Shown here: one piece after another, positions 13,801-25,800 of the stretch
Numbering within the stretch: the first letter of the stretch is position 1
How the letters are laid out: every line of letters starts with the position of its first letter
Source: Octopus vulgaris
Taxonomy: Eukaryota
NCBI GenBank assembly: GCA_951406725.2
Contig: OX597831.1
Coordinates: 51,398,001-51,462,000, forward strand
DNA length: 64,000 nucleotides
Direction: 5' to 3'
Made by a program: the position numbers and the translations under genes
Notes under the pieces: generated by a model
Database searches by the model: none
Told to the model about the DNA's origin: nothing
What the model saw: the letters and a program-made list of their open reading frames with translations, nothing else

Positions 13801-15299
13801 GATCAGATCAACCTCAGTATGCAACTGGTACTTAATTTATCAACCCTGAAAGGATGAAAGGCAAAGTCAACCTCGGAGGAATTTGAACTCAGAACATAAA
13901 GACAGACAAAATACTGCTAATCATTTTGCCCGGTGTGCTAATGTTTCTGCCAGCTTGCCACCTGTTCATTACCTCTGTCTGACCATTTAGGGACATCTTT
14001 CTCTTAGTCCATTTCTGTATGAGACTGGACACTTTGCTCATAATCTTATTCCAGGTTCTATTCATCTGGAGGTTCAGACTAATTCAGCTCACAAAACATT
14101 TGAACCAGTCTGACAATCTAGTGCCTCATGATGCTGTTCATTGGCATGGACTTGCTTGCAAGTCCACCAACTTGTCTAGTTTAAACTTTGGTCACTGCAT
14201 TGTGTACTTTGAAACAGTGCCGATCACAACAGCTTTTGTGATCACCATTGTGGTCATGTCTACATATGTCAATACAGCCCTCTACATTCCATTTTGGACA
14301 GGATGCCCTTAGCACTTCTAGTTTCTGTAATAGTGGTGCTAGAATCAGTACCTACTGAACGAATGAGAGAAGTCACCTTTGTCAGACCGAGTGCATAATC
14401 TAAAAAGGTTTCAGTTATTGGCCACTTTATTTGAGAACCAATTAGATGCTGCTGTGCATTGAAATGATCTAGTCTCTGAAAATGAAAATGAAAGTGTCAG
14501 ACTTGGGGACATCTCCCAAGTAATGACAATTGTTTCTATCAAAAGCTCTCTATGAATTAAAATTGATGAAAGATCTTTAATGGTGAGCTGAAAAGGTATC
14601 ATGTAAGGAGTGCTTGGCAAAAGTAATCACATTGGGGTCACCAGTTTTAGCTGTGGGGTTATAAAGTCTGTCTCGGTTTACTATGGAATGTTGCATGCCA
14701 TTATATAACATGTGTGGCATGTTAATTCATGGAAATAATACATGAAACAAACTTTAAAATAACAGCAAGATTTTATTCCTCTACTAAATTATACAGTAGA
14801 CCAAATGACACATCACAGATTCTGTTAGTTGAATAGATCATCTGGCATTAGGATAATTCCACTCTGGCTGTCGTTGGTCATGAGTGCTTCATTATGACAG
14901 CATGAAAATATCATGACATGTGATCCAGGAAAATCTTAAACTTCACTGCTCATAAATGATTAGACAAAGCTATTTAAAAGGAATGGGTAGGCTCCAGTGA
15001 TGATTCAAATGAATTATTTGAGGATGTATTACATGCAACATGATTGGATCCAAGGTCCTTATCTTGCGCAATACTTGATCAAAGTACAAGACTCACATGA
15101 TAGGTCAAATGACCAATTATTAAAGATTAATGCATGGAGCCTATTTATGGCTAGCTGAACATAAAATGTCAGAACAGAAATGGGTCTTGCAACAGATCCA
15201 ACAAATCCATCAAAGCCAAGTTTGTTACCAAAACTTTCTACAATTTATTGTATAACATAGAGGTTTATAACGAACTTAGAGTGAGTTTCTTCTCTTGTA

Positions 15300-15870
15300 C
15301 TTTCGGGGTACAAGAAAGCAATCACTAGCCGTTGCTTTAATAATCCAGAATTCTACCAGTCAGAAACAACAAGACGCAGACGTAAAATATATATATACTA
15401 CTTTATTCTCTTTCTTGGTAACAATAACAATAAGTGTGTTATCTGATGTCCTTGGTTCTGGGCGCGCAAGGCTGAAAGTTAATCGATTGTAATATTTACA
15501 ATATTCAGCCGCTAAAACCAGAACGGGTTCAAGATGGCGTCGAACAGGGAAGTTGAATGTGGTCGGCAACAATTTGGTTAAAAGCTTTCGGCCGACTGCT
15601 ATCAAAGCTGGACAGCGAGAATACACGTCCGTCTCCTTCGGTCGCAGCTGTCCCAAGTCGCCGCTGCTGCTGGATGCTGGTGGTCAACGTCTTACGACCC
15701 CCTTGCCTCGGCTAACTGCTACGTAGGCAAAAGGGTTCTTCTTCCGGTGCTTCGCGCATGCGCGAGAGGGCCCTTCCTCTCTCTGCCTTGGTAAAGGCAC
15801 CAACACGCGCGAAATACAAATGGACGGTGCGCGAGCGCGCGCCGTTATAGGATCACTACGGGTTCTTATG
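15300..15870. other. GC/CpG-rich island: orphan promoter or solo-LTR-like element
   Basis: Dense CpG; AAGATGGCG (YY1-type) 15531-15539, CTTCCGG (ETS-type) 15741-15747, palindrome TCGCGCATGCGCGA (NRF1-like) 15752-15765; LTR-like ends TGTAAT (15488) and ACTACG (15860). Confidence 0.4.
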
Positions 15871-17559
15871 GATAAATCTGTTCAGGCTGTGCAGGTCTAT
15901 GCTTTCCAGACCAGACTACCAACAAGTTTCAACATCTTTCTTAATATCTTAATGAAAATCTTAAAATCTACATTCAGAAGAGTTTAAAATGTTCAAAGCT
16001 TTGTACTAATAACAATTAACTGTAATATTCCTTTCTACAATAGGCACAAGGCCTAAAATGTTTTAGGTGAGGAAATAGTTGATTAGATCACCCCCACCAC
16101 CTCATGTCTGATTGGTATTTATTTTATTGACCCTGGAAAGATGAAAGGCAAAGTCAACCTTGGTGGTATTTGAACTCAGAATGTAAAGATGCATGAAATG
16201 CCACTAAGTGTGCTAACGATTCTACCAGCTTGCCACTTTCCAATTAACTCATTTTGCAATGTTTAACTTTAATAAGTACCAGTACAATAATCTAAAATTA
16301 GTGGATAATTTTCGAAATTTTCATAATAGAAAGAGGTTTCAGTGTGTTTTATAAATTGCATATATATATCAGGGGCAAAGGGTCTATGTATGCAATACAT
16401 GCCTTACTATTTTTCCACAATAAATAATTTTTTGTAATGTATATTTGATTACTGATATTTTACTGCTTGCTTTCAGTGATAGTAAGGGCAGTGACCAAAA
16501 AAGAGGAAGACAAAGCAGATATTTTACTGCTTGCCTTTCAGCCGTGTTAAGCCGGCAGACACGTTGTCAACATTTTTTTCTCTCTTGGTTCTGATATTTT
16601 TACTGTCCTGTGCAGCAGAGATCAAAAACTTGCCTATTCAGAGGACTTTCCATTGTCAGACACATTTAGACGAGAAATGCATATTTAGTCAATTTACAAG
16701 TTTGTTTCATTGCATTCTGATATATTTCATACAATTTATTCAGTACTTGTTTCAATCAGTAGATTGTGACCATGCTGGGGCACCACCTTAAATAATTTTT
16801 AGTCTTATGAATCTACTCCAGTACTTCTTTTAAAACCTGGTGTTTATTCTTTTCGTCTCTCGTGCTGAACTGCTAAGTTATGGGAACGTAAACACACCGA
16901 CGCCAGTTGTCAAGCATTGGTAAAAGATAAACACAGACACGGACACACACACATATATACAATGGGGTTTTTTTCCCGTTTCCCTTTATCAAGTCCACTT
17001 ACAAGGTTTTAGTTGGCCCAAGGCTGAAGCAAACTTCGGATCTTTCCAAATTTGGGTGCTAGTTTACTTTTTTACGTAACCTTTCTTAGATAATTTTAAA
17101 TATTTAACATTAAATTTTAAAGCATTGGCATGAATGAACGGATGGAAATTTTACTTTTCAATCACACACACACACAAATTGCTGGTTTCTTCTTTTCGCT
17201 TTATTCGTGAAATAGTCAAGAAAATTCTGGGGTCATATGACTGAATTCAGGTCTTAAGAAGGGATCAAAAATACTCTCTCCATTGGTTAAATCTTTTAGA
17301 AAGCAAGTGTGGGTGTGTGACAAGAAATTTGTATGTATGTGTGTATCTGTGTTTGTGCCCCGCCCCCAACATCGCTTGACAACCGATGCTGGTGTCTTTA
17401 CGTTCATGTAACTTAGCGGTCCGGCAAAAGAGACTGATAGAATAAGTACTAGGTTTACAAAGAATAAGTCCTGGGGTTGATTTGCTCGACTAAAGGTGGT
17501 GCTCCAGCATGGCCGCAGTCAAATGACTGAAACAAATAAAAGAATAATAGTCTGAGTGA

Positions 17560-17961
17560 ATGACGAGGCGACCCATTCTGAACAAATTTTTCTGTTTTCC
17601 ATATTTGTTAGTTTGTCAGTATAAGAACACATTTTGGCTTGAATAGTCCCTACTAGACGAGATCGTTGGAAAATGGTTTCTAATGTTATATATGTTACTC
17701 GTGTCTCAGTAGCTACTTCAAGACGGTGCATCGTCGGGGAAAGACTATTTTCATTTTCAGACTCACCATATTTCGAAGCATATATATATCTATATCTATC
17801 GCTATCTATATATATCCTTGTTGTTGAATCAATTTAGTAAATAAAGAAGTGAATAGGGTAACTTCAATAATTCTTTCTAATCAAGCTACTTGAGTGGCTC
17901 AGATAGTCCGGCGTATCTTTTTTTAATGTTACTTTTTTTCAGCGTGTCCGCCTGACAATAT
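17560..17961. promoter_or_regulatory. CpG-retaining promoter / 5' UTR region of MYG1 (possibly bidirectional)
   Basis: Visibly higher CpG density than flanking introns, directly upstream of the exon-1 ATG. Confidence 0.5.
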
Positions 17962-18062
17962 ATGCTATCGTTAATTAGAGTATTTTCTACACAAGTAATA
18001 TTTTGCTTTTCCGGAACAACTACATTTTGTAAAATGATCAGTAACTCACATTTGAAACGAAG
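17962..18062 (+). CDS. MYG1: MYG1 exon 1 (putative N-terminal targeting presequence [33 protein letters not shown])
   Basis: ATG at 17962 in a CpG-containing region; donor AG|GTATGT at 18062/18063 in phase 2 matches the phase-2 acceptor at 23694/23695 (AG+C = Ser). Gives a total length close to vertebrate MYG1. Confidence 0.72.
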
Positions 18063-19815
18063 GTATGTATTTGCGATTACAAGTGTACAGATGATACTCT
18101 GTTCTGAATTCTCTATCAGAAAAGTATATTTTTGTTATAATTGTATTGAATTGAAAAAAAGCCGCGAAAGTCATTAAAATGCGGAACTTCCATTTAACAG
18201 GCTTTTGATGTTTTGCTCTAAATTCGCTGATATACGATCAAATATACGCTTGAAAGCGATAGCAACGTATATATTCTTAATATTAATGAACAGCGATTTA
18301 ATTTTATCTTTTATAGAGAGTAAATGTTTTAAGCAAACGAAGGGTGAATGAACTAGACATACATACGCACGTAAGCACATGACATATGCAGTTTTAAAAT
18401 ATTCATTTAAGCTTTTGAAAAATGATAAATGATTTTATAGTCTAAAAAACTACTAATCGGCGAAGTTTCGCATGTCGTAGCATAGAATTCCGTCGATTTC
18501 CGTAAAAAACTTTTATTTTTTTACATAAGTAATGAGAGCGAAAGAGACTAAGAGGAAGCGATTTTACGACGAGAAGGTTTCTCTTTGAAATCGGCCTGTG
18601 TGTGTTTGATGGGGTGTGGGAGACAGACAGTATGTTGTGTAAGTGAAGTGCTTCTGTTAGTGTGTGTGAAGAGACAGAGAGAGTAATGTGTGAAAGAGAG
18701 AGATAACTGATTTTGGCATAGTTTCGGTTGTTTCGGTTGTAGTAGCACAGATTTCCGTCGATTTCCGTAAAAAACTTTTATTTTTTTACATAAGTAATGA
18801 GAGCGAAAGAGACTAAGAGGAAGCGATTTTACGACGAGAAGGTTTCACTTTGAAGTCGGCCTGTGTGTGTTTGATGGGGTGTGGGAGACAGACAGTATGT
18901 TGTGTAAGTGAAGTGCTTCTGTTAGTGTGTGTGAAGAGACAGACATACATATACACATACACCGAGTAAAAATTACTATGAATCGGCCATACATACATAC
19001 ACACACACACATACATAGATACATACACACACACACATACATACATACACACACACATACTTACACACACACACACACACACATAGATACATACACACAC
19101 ACACATACATGCAGACATACATATACACATACACCGAGTAAAAAATTACGATGAATCGGCCATACATACATACATACACACACACATACTTACACACACA
19201 CACATACATAGATACATACACACACACACACATACATGCATACATACATATACACATACACCGAGTAAAAAATCAGTTATCTCTCTCTTTCACACATTAC
19301 TCTCTCTGTCTCTTCGCACACACTAACAGAAGCACTTCACTTACACAACATACTGTCTGTCTCCCACACCCCATCAAACACACACAGGCCGACTTCAAAG
19401 TGAAACCTTCTCGTCGTAAAATCGCTTCCTCTTAGTCTCTTTCGCTCTCATTACTTATGTAAAAAAATAAAAGTTTTTTACGGAAATCGACGGAAATCTG
19501 ATCTACGACATGCGAAACTTCGCCCTGATTTTTTATTCGGTGTATGTGTATATGTATGTATGCATGTATGTGTGTGTGTGTATGTATCTATGTATGTGTG
19601 TGTGTGTAAGTATGTATGTATGTATGGCCGATTCATCGTAATTTTTTACTCGGTGTATGTGTATATGTATGTCTGCATGTATGTGTGTGTGTGTATGTTA
19701 TGTATCTATGTATGTATGTATGTGTGTATGTATGTATGGTCGATTCAGTGTAATTTTTTACTCGGTGTATGTGTATATGTATGTCTGCATGTATGTGTGT
19801 GTGTGTATGTATCTA

Positions 19816-19848
<33 letters not shown>

Positions 19849-22800
19849 ATATGTGTGTGTGCGTATGTATCTATGTGTGTGTGTGTATGTATGTATGTAT
19901 GGCCGATTCATAGTAATTTTTTACTCGGTGTATGTGTATATGTATGTCTGTCTCTTCACACACACTAACAGAAGCACTTCACTTACACAACATACTGTCT
20001 GTCTCCCACACCCCATCAAACACACACAGGCCGACTTCAAAGTGAAACCTTCTCGTCGTAAAATCGCTTCCTCTTAGTCTTCGCTCTCATTACTTATGTA
20101 AAAAAATAAAAGTTTTTTACGGAAATCTGTGCTACTACAACCGAAACTATGCCTACTAGGCGAAGTTACTATAACTATGCCTACTAGGCCTATGTATTCA
20201 AAATATGTAATTATATTTAGTTGATTGCTTTTCGGGGGCAAGTAAGCGAAACTTCGCCTTCGGGGGCCTTCGGGGGCAAGTTTCGTTTTCCGTCGATTTC
20301 CGTAAAAAACTTTTATTTTTTTACATAAGTAATGAGAGCGAAAGAGACTAAGAGGAAGTGATTTTATGACGAGGGAAGTTTGTCTTTGAAGTTACCGTCT
20401 AGGGGAAGCATTGATGTACATGTGTGTGTGTGTGTGTTTGATGGGGTGTGGGAGACAGTATGTTGTGTAAGTGAAGTGCTTCTGTTAGTGTGTGTGAAGA
20501 GACAGAGAGAGTAATGTGTGAAAGAGAGAGATAACTGAAATTTTTTACTCGGTGTATGTGTATATGTATGTCTGCATGTATGTGTGTGTGTGTATGTATC
20601 TATGTATGTATGGCCGATTCATCGTAATTACGATGAATCGGCCATACATACATAGATACATACACACACACACATACATGCAGACATACATATACACATA
20701 CACCGAGTAAAAAATTTCAGTTATCTCTCTCTTTCACACATTACTCTCTCTGTCTCTTCACACACACTAACAGAAGCACTTCACTTACACAACATACTGT
20801 CTCCCACACCCCATCAAACACACACACACACACATGTACATCAATGCTTCCCCTAGACGGTAACTTCAAAGACAAACTTCCCTCGTCATAAAATCACTTC
20901 CTCTTAGTCTCTTTCGCTCTCATTACTTATGTAAAAAAATAAAAGTTTTTTACGGAAATCGACGGAAAACTTGTGCTACGACAAGCGAAACTTCGCCCTT
21001 TTCGGTTAACCTGTTTTCGCTGTCTCCGCGAATTTAATCATGCCGCCTTATCTATAGGTAACTACAAAACCAGATGTTCATATTCTGATATTTTGAATGC
21101 ATTTAATACACGTTTCGAGTAATATAAGTTCTTACTTAAGAACTATCTTGCGTAACAACTCGTAAAACTATTAGAAACACGTGTATTAAATACGTTCAAA
21201 ATATCAACGTTTGTTTGTCTATAACTAGTTCTCAACTTAGAGGATTCTAAGTTGATTCCTATTTTACTTTGGATGGAGTCTCTTAGCTATTCGACGTTTT
21301 AAAACAAAGTAAAAAATTATACTGAATCGGCCATACATACATACACACATACATAGATACACACACACACATACACCGAGTAAAAAATTACACTGAATCG
21401 ACCATACATACACATATACATAGATACATACACACACACACATACATGCATGCATATACACATACACCGAGTAAAAAATTTCAGTTATCTCTCTCTTTCA
21501 CACATTACTCTCTCTGTCTCTTCACACACACTAACAGAAGCACTTCACTTACACAACATACTGTCTGTCTCCCACACCCCATCAAACACACATGTACAAC
21601 AATGCTTCGGTAACTTCAAAAGAAATTCCCTCGTCATACAATCGCTTCCTCTTAGTCTCTTTCGCTCTCATTACTTCAAATGTTCCCGCAAGCCCATATG
21701 TAAAAAAAATAAAAGTTTTTTACGGAAATCATCGACGGAAACGTGTTACTACAAACGAAAGATCGCCACAAATCCTATTGTATTTTTACAATTGATGTTG
21801 TTACACATTGTTAGGCACAAAACGCATTGTTTTGCATTTTAGCCTTCAAATGACGCCACGTCACCGGCTAGGCGAGCAGGCCAACATTTCTCCCTGATCG
21901 AAGTGAGACTGGAGCAATGTGAAATGAAGTGATTTGCTCAACAACAAATCGCGCTGCCCAGTCAGAGAATCGAACCCACGCAATGACTAAAGAAAATAGC
22001 TTAATAATGGGCAGAAAAAAGAAAGTTTGGTCAAACCCGGTCACAAAAATGATAAAAAGATAGTGTTATAGGAGTAAAACGACATGTAGAAAACGAATAT
22101 GAAAAAAGAAAAAAAATGCACGCTGGCGAACGGGAGTTGCGGGGAGACAACTCGGAAAATTCACACGATCAAATCTCACAGGATCCGAAAACTCAACGTT
22201 AACACCCGGTCACAAAAATGAAAAAGAAAAAGTGTAATAGGTGTAAAACAACATGTAAACGAATATAAAAAAGAAAAGAAATGCGCGCTGGTGAACGGGG
22301 TGAGGTGGGGGGCTCAGAAAATTCTAACCGTGACCTTTAAACTCCAGTGTTTGACCCGAGCAAAAAAAAAAATAGTATAAGTGTAGAACAACATGTAGTA
22401 AACGAATATTTTTTTAAAATGCACGCTGGGAAACGGGGTGGGTGGGGGTTTAACTCGGAAAATTCACATCGAGAATGTTCTGAATCCTCTCACCACTTTT
22501 CCCGTTCGTCGGCGAATTTTTTTTTTCTTCATACTCGTTTACTTCACATTATTTTACACCTAGTACACTATTTTTTTTTCATTTTTGTGACCAGGTGTTA
22601 ACGTTGAGTTTTTGGATCCTGTAAGATTGGTCGTGTGAATTTTGCAAGTCGTCTCCCCAACAGCGCGAATTTTTAATTTTCATGTTCGTTTACTACATGT
22701 TGTACACCTATTGCACTATTTTTTTTTCTTTTCGCTAGGGTCAAAAACTTTAGTTTGACTGTAAGTTTTCCCGTATGCATGGGACTCGAACCCACATCTC

Positions 22801-25800
22801 TTAGTTTTCGCAACAAGTGTGCTAACATTGTATGTGGAGGTTGTACGTTGGTGTAAATGGTTAGCACACTTGTTGCGAAAACTGAGAGGTGTGGGTTCGA
22901 GTACCATGCATACAGGAAAACCTTTTTTTTTCCGTCAAGGGTTTATACATCCCAATATTAGACTATTTTCGTTAGTCATTGTGCGGTGATCGCTTATAAG
23001 CTTTAAGCTTATAAAATACTATTATATATATAGTTCAAATTTACAGAAAGCAAAAGACAAAGACAGGTGTAAGAACAACAAGCGGGTGTATTAGTTTAAT
23101 GCTCAGGTAGAATGGAAAAGTCTTTTATGTTTCAAGCCTATGCTCTTCAACAGAAAGGATTAAGAGGGAAAAAAACGGTGAGAGAAAAAATTGTATAGGG
23201 ATTAACAGTTCAACATGATGATATATATATATATATAAATCATCAGTATATCATATATCCGAAAAATAAGCACACTCAAAAATATAGAGCAGTAAGGATA
23301 CTTAATTACTTCTAATATATATATATATATATAGGCGTATGGTTATAAATTAAGTACCAGTGAAATACTGAGATTGTTGTAATCGACTAGTTCCCTCCCC
23401 AAAAATTTCAGGCCTTGTGCCTTTAGTTGAAAGGATTATTATTGTTCAGCATTTGGTTGTTTCAGGTAAATACTGCATCAGCTGCTACACCTCCATGATG
23501 CTGGGGTGTGTTCCCCTTTGTTGTTAGGGGAGGGCAAACTCTTCCTGGTATTGTATTGCATCAGTTTCTTTTGTTATAAGGTCTGATGCAGTCTTTTGTC
23601 GTATTAGTGTTTGTGCTGTGTGTGTAATGTGTTGGGTATCTGGCCAGCAGGTAGTTGTTTATTTTATTATTATTATTATTAAATTACTTTGCAGCCATGC
23701 TGAGAACTCCTCAGATAATTCAGGCACTGCAAAAAAATCTGCCATGGTCAAGAAAATTGGAACACATAATGGTACTTTCCATTGTGACGAAGCTTTAGCC
23801 TGTTTTCTTCTCAGATTGCTTCCTGAATACGAAGATTCCACTATCATCAGGTAAATATAATTTTATATTCGGATATAATATGAGGTGCAAGTGTGGCTGT
23901 GTGGTAAGAAGTTTGCTTCCCAACCACTTAATTTCAGGTTCAGTTCAGTCCCACTGTGTAGCACTTTGGGCAAGTTTCTTCTACTATAGCCCTGGGCTAA
24001 CCAAAGCCTTGTGAGTGGCTTTAGTAGATGGACACTAGAAGATCATTACATATATATATGTGTGGATCATCATCATCATTTAATGTCCACCTTCCATGCT
24101 GGCATGGGTTTTCTCCTCTGTTCTCAACATGTTACATAGAATGCTGCTTGAGAAGCTTCTCTGCTTTTGCAGCTCTACTTTAGTATCCCATGTTTTCCCA
24201 AAGGAAGGCCTTCTTCTCCCAGGTCTTATTGGTTTTAAATTGTCTCTGATGTTCTTGAAACTTGGCATTGAGAAATCTAGGTAAGGTTGTTGGGCCTTAT
24301 ATAAACCCAAGGGAAGAAGTGTTCCATATATTCTGACTTCTACCCTGTGACCTGTCAAGCATAGGAGGCTCTACAAAGAGCTTGTGCTCCACTGGCATAG
24401 TTCTTAGGGTCATTGAAGCACACGAGCCACCAGAGCACAACAAGAACTTGACCTTGTGGTGGACTTTGCATGTAGCATCTTGTAAAACAGCAATGTGCAG
24501 GTATTTTGAAAATACTTCAATGAGTGATGACCATGCCCTGTATAGTTACATGTTGCCCTTTGGCAAAGTATAGCACCTGTCCAGCCATCCTACCAGGGAT
24601 ACGGCAAAGTCATGGGACTGCAACGTGACAGATTGTGAAGAGGTAGCAGAAGAGCTCAACTGAGCCAATGGTACTTCTTACATTGGTGCTGAGTAGAGGA
24701 ATCCTAGAAGATCAACGGTCAAGATGACCAAGCTCTATCAAGAGAGTAACTGTAACACATCTTTAGAAGTGACTTCCATGGTTGTGTAATAAGCTAATGA
24801 AAGATTCACTATGACTCAAGCTTCCAATTCAAATTCATAAAAATGGAATTGGATGGTGACCGAGAGTCATGGGAATCTGTGAAAGCAGTGAAAAAAAGAA
24901 ATATAATATTCTGTAACTTGACTTTATATGAATAAATATATTTGCTTTTTCCTTATATTCCAGAACCCGTGATTCTGAAAAGTTGGCTACTTGTGATATT
25001 GTAGTTGATGTTGGTGGTGTGTACGATCCTTCTACATTCCGATTTGATCATCATCAACGGTAAGAAACTTTATGTGAATCTGTTTTGCTATTCTCTCAAA
25101 ATGACACTGATTAAATACAATTTTTGCTTATTACTTTTATTTCCCTATCTCTGTACAAATAGGTGCAGACGTACCTATGTGGTTAAGAAGCTTACTTCTC
25201 AATCATGTGGTCTTGGGTCCCGTCTCACTCTGCAGCATGTTGGGCAAGTGTCTTCTCGTATAACTCCTGCCCAAAAAAAGCCTTGTAAGTGGATTTGATT
25301 GATGGAAACTGGAAGGAACCCCTAGTAGATCTATCTATTTCTCTATCTGTCTCTGTCTATCTATCACATTTCTGTGATAACGATCCCTATTGAATTATTT
25401 TTGTTTCCTTTTCCTTTTATTTTTATCCCCCCCGCCTTTTTTTTTGCTTTCCTCTTTCTTTCCTTTTACGATCCCTTTTGATCGAAAACCAAACCCCCTT
25501 TTTTATCTCCAAAAGAAAAGCTCTACCTTGTAATTTGTCCCGTCTGTGTGCAGCCCTGTGTGGCTAATAAAGAAACATATCTATCTATCTGTCTGTCTGT
25601 CTATCTATCTATCTATATTTATCTATCTACCTACCTACCTGCTTGCCTGCCTGCCTCTTTCTCTCTCCCCTCCCCTCCCGTAAACAAGCAACAACATCAC
25701 ATAAGCAAGGTTGTTTCCAATTTTCTGTGAAAAACATGTCGCCTCATGTAAGCATGTAAGCATGCAAAAGTGGGTATTGAGTGACAAGTGATGATGGTGT

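Noticed and set aside
14000-15290. Non-repetitive-looking stretch that might be a decayed coding element
   Set aside because: The frames I read are interrupted by stops and show no recognisable domain; a translated search is needed.
18813-20077. Cluster of C/V/M/Y- and H/T-rich ORFs
   Set aside because: They are translations of (TG)n/(CA)n microsatellite cassettes.
23618-23694. ORF-track start for MYG1 at 23618
   Set aside because: It is a non-ATG start in intronic sequence upstream of the acceptor at 23694.
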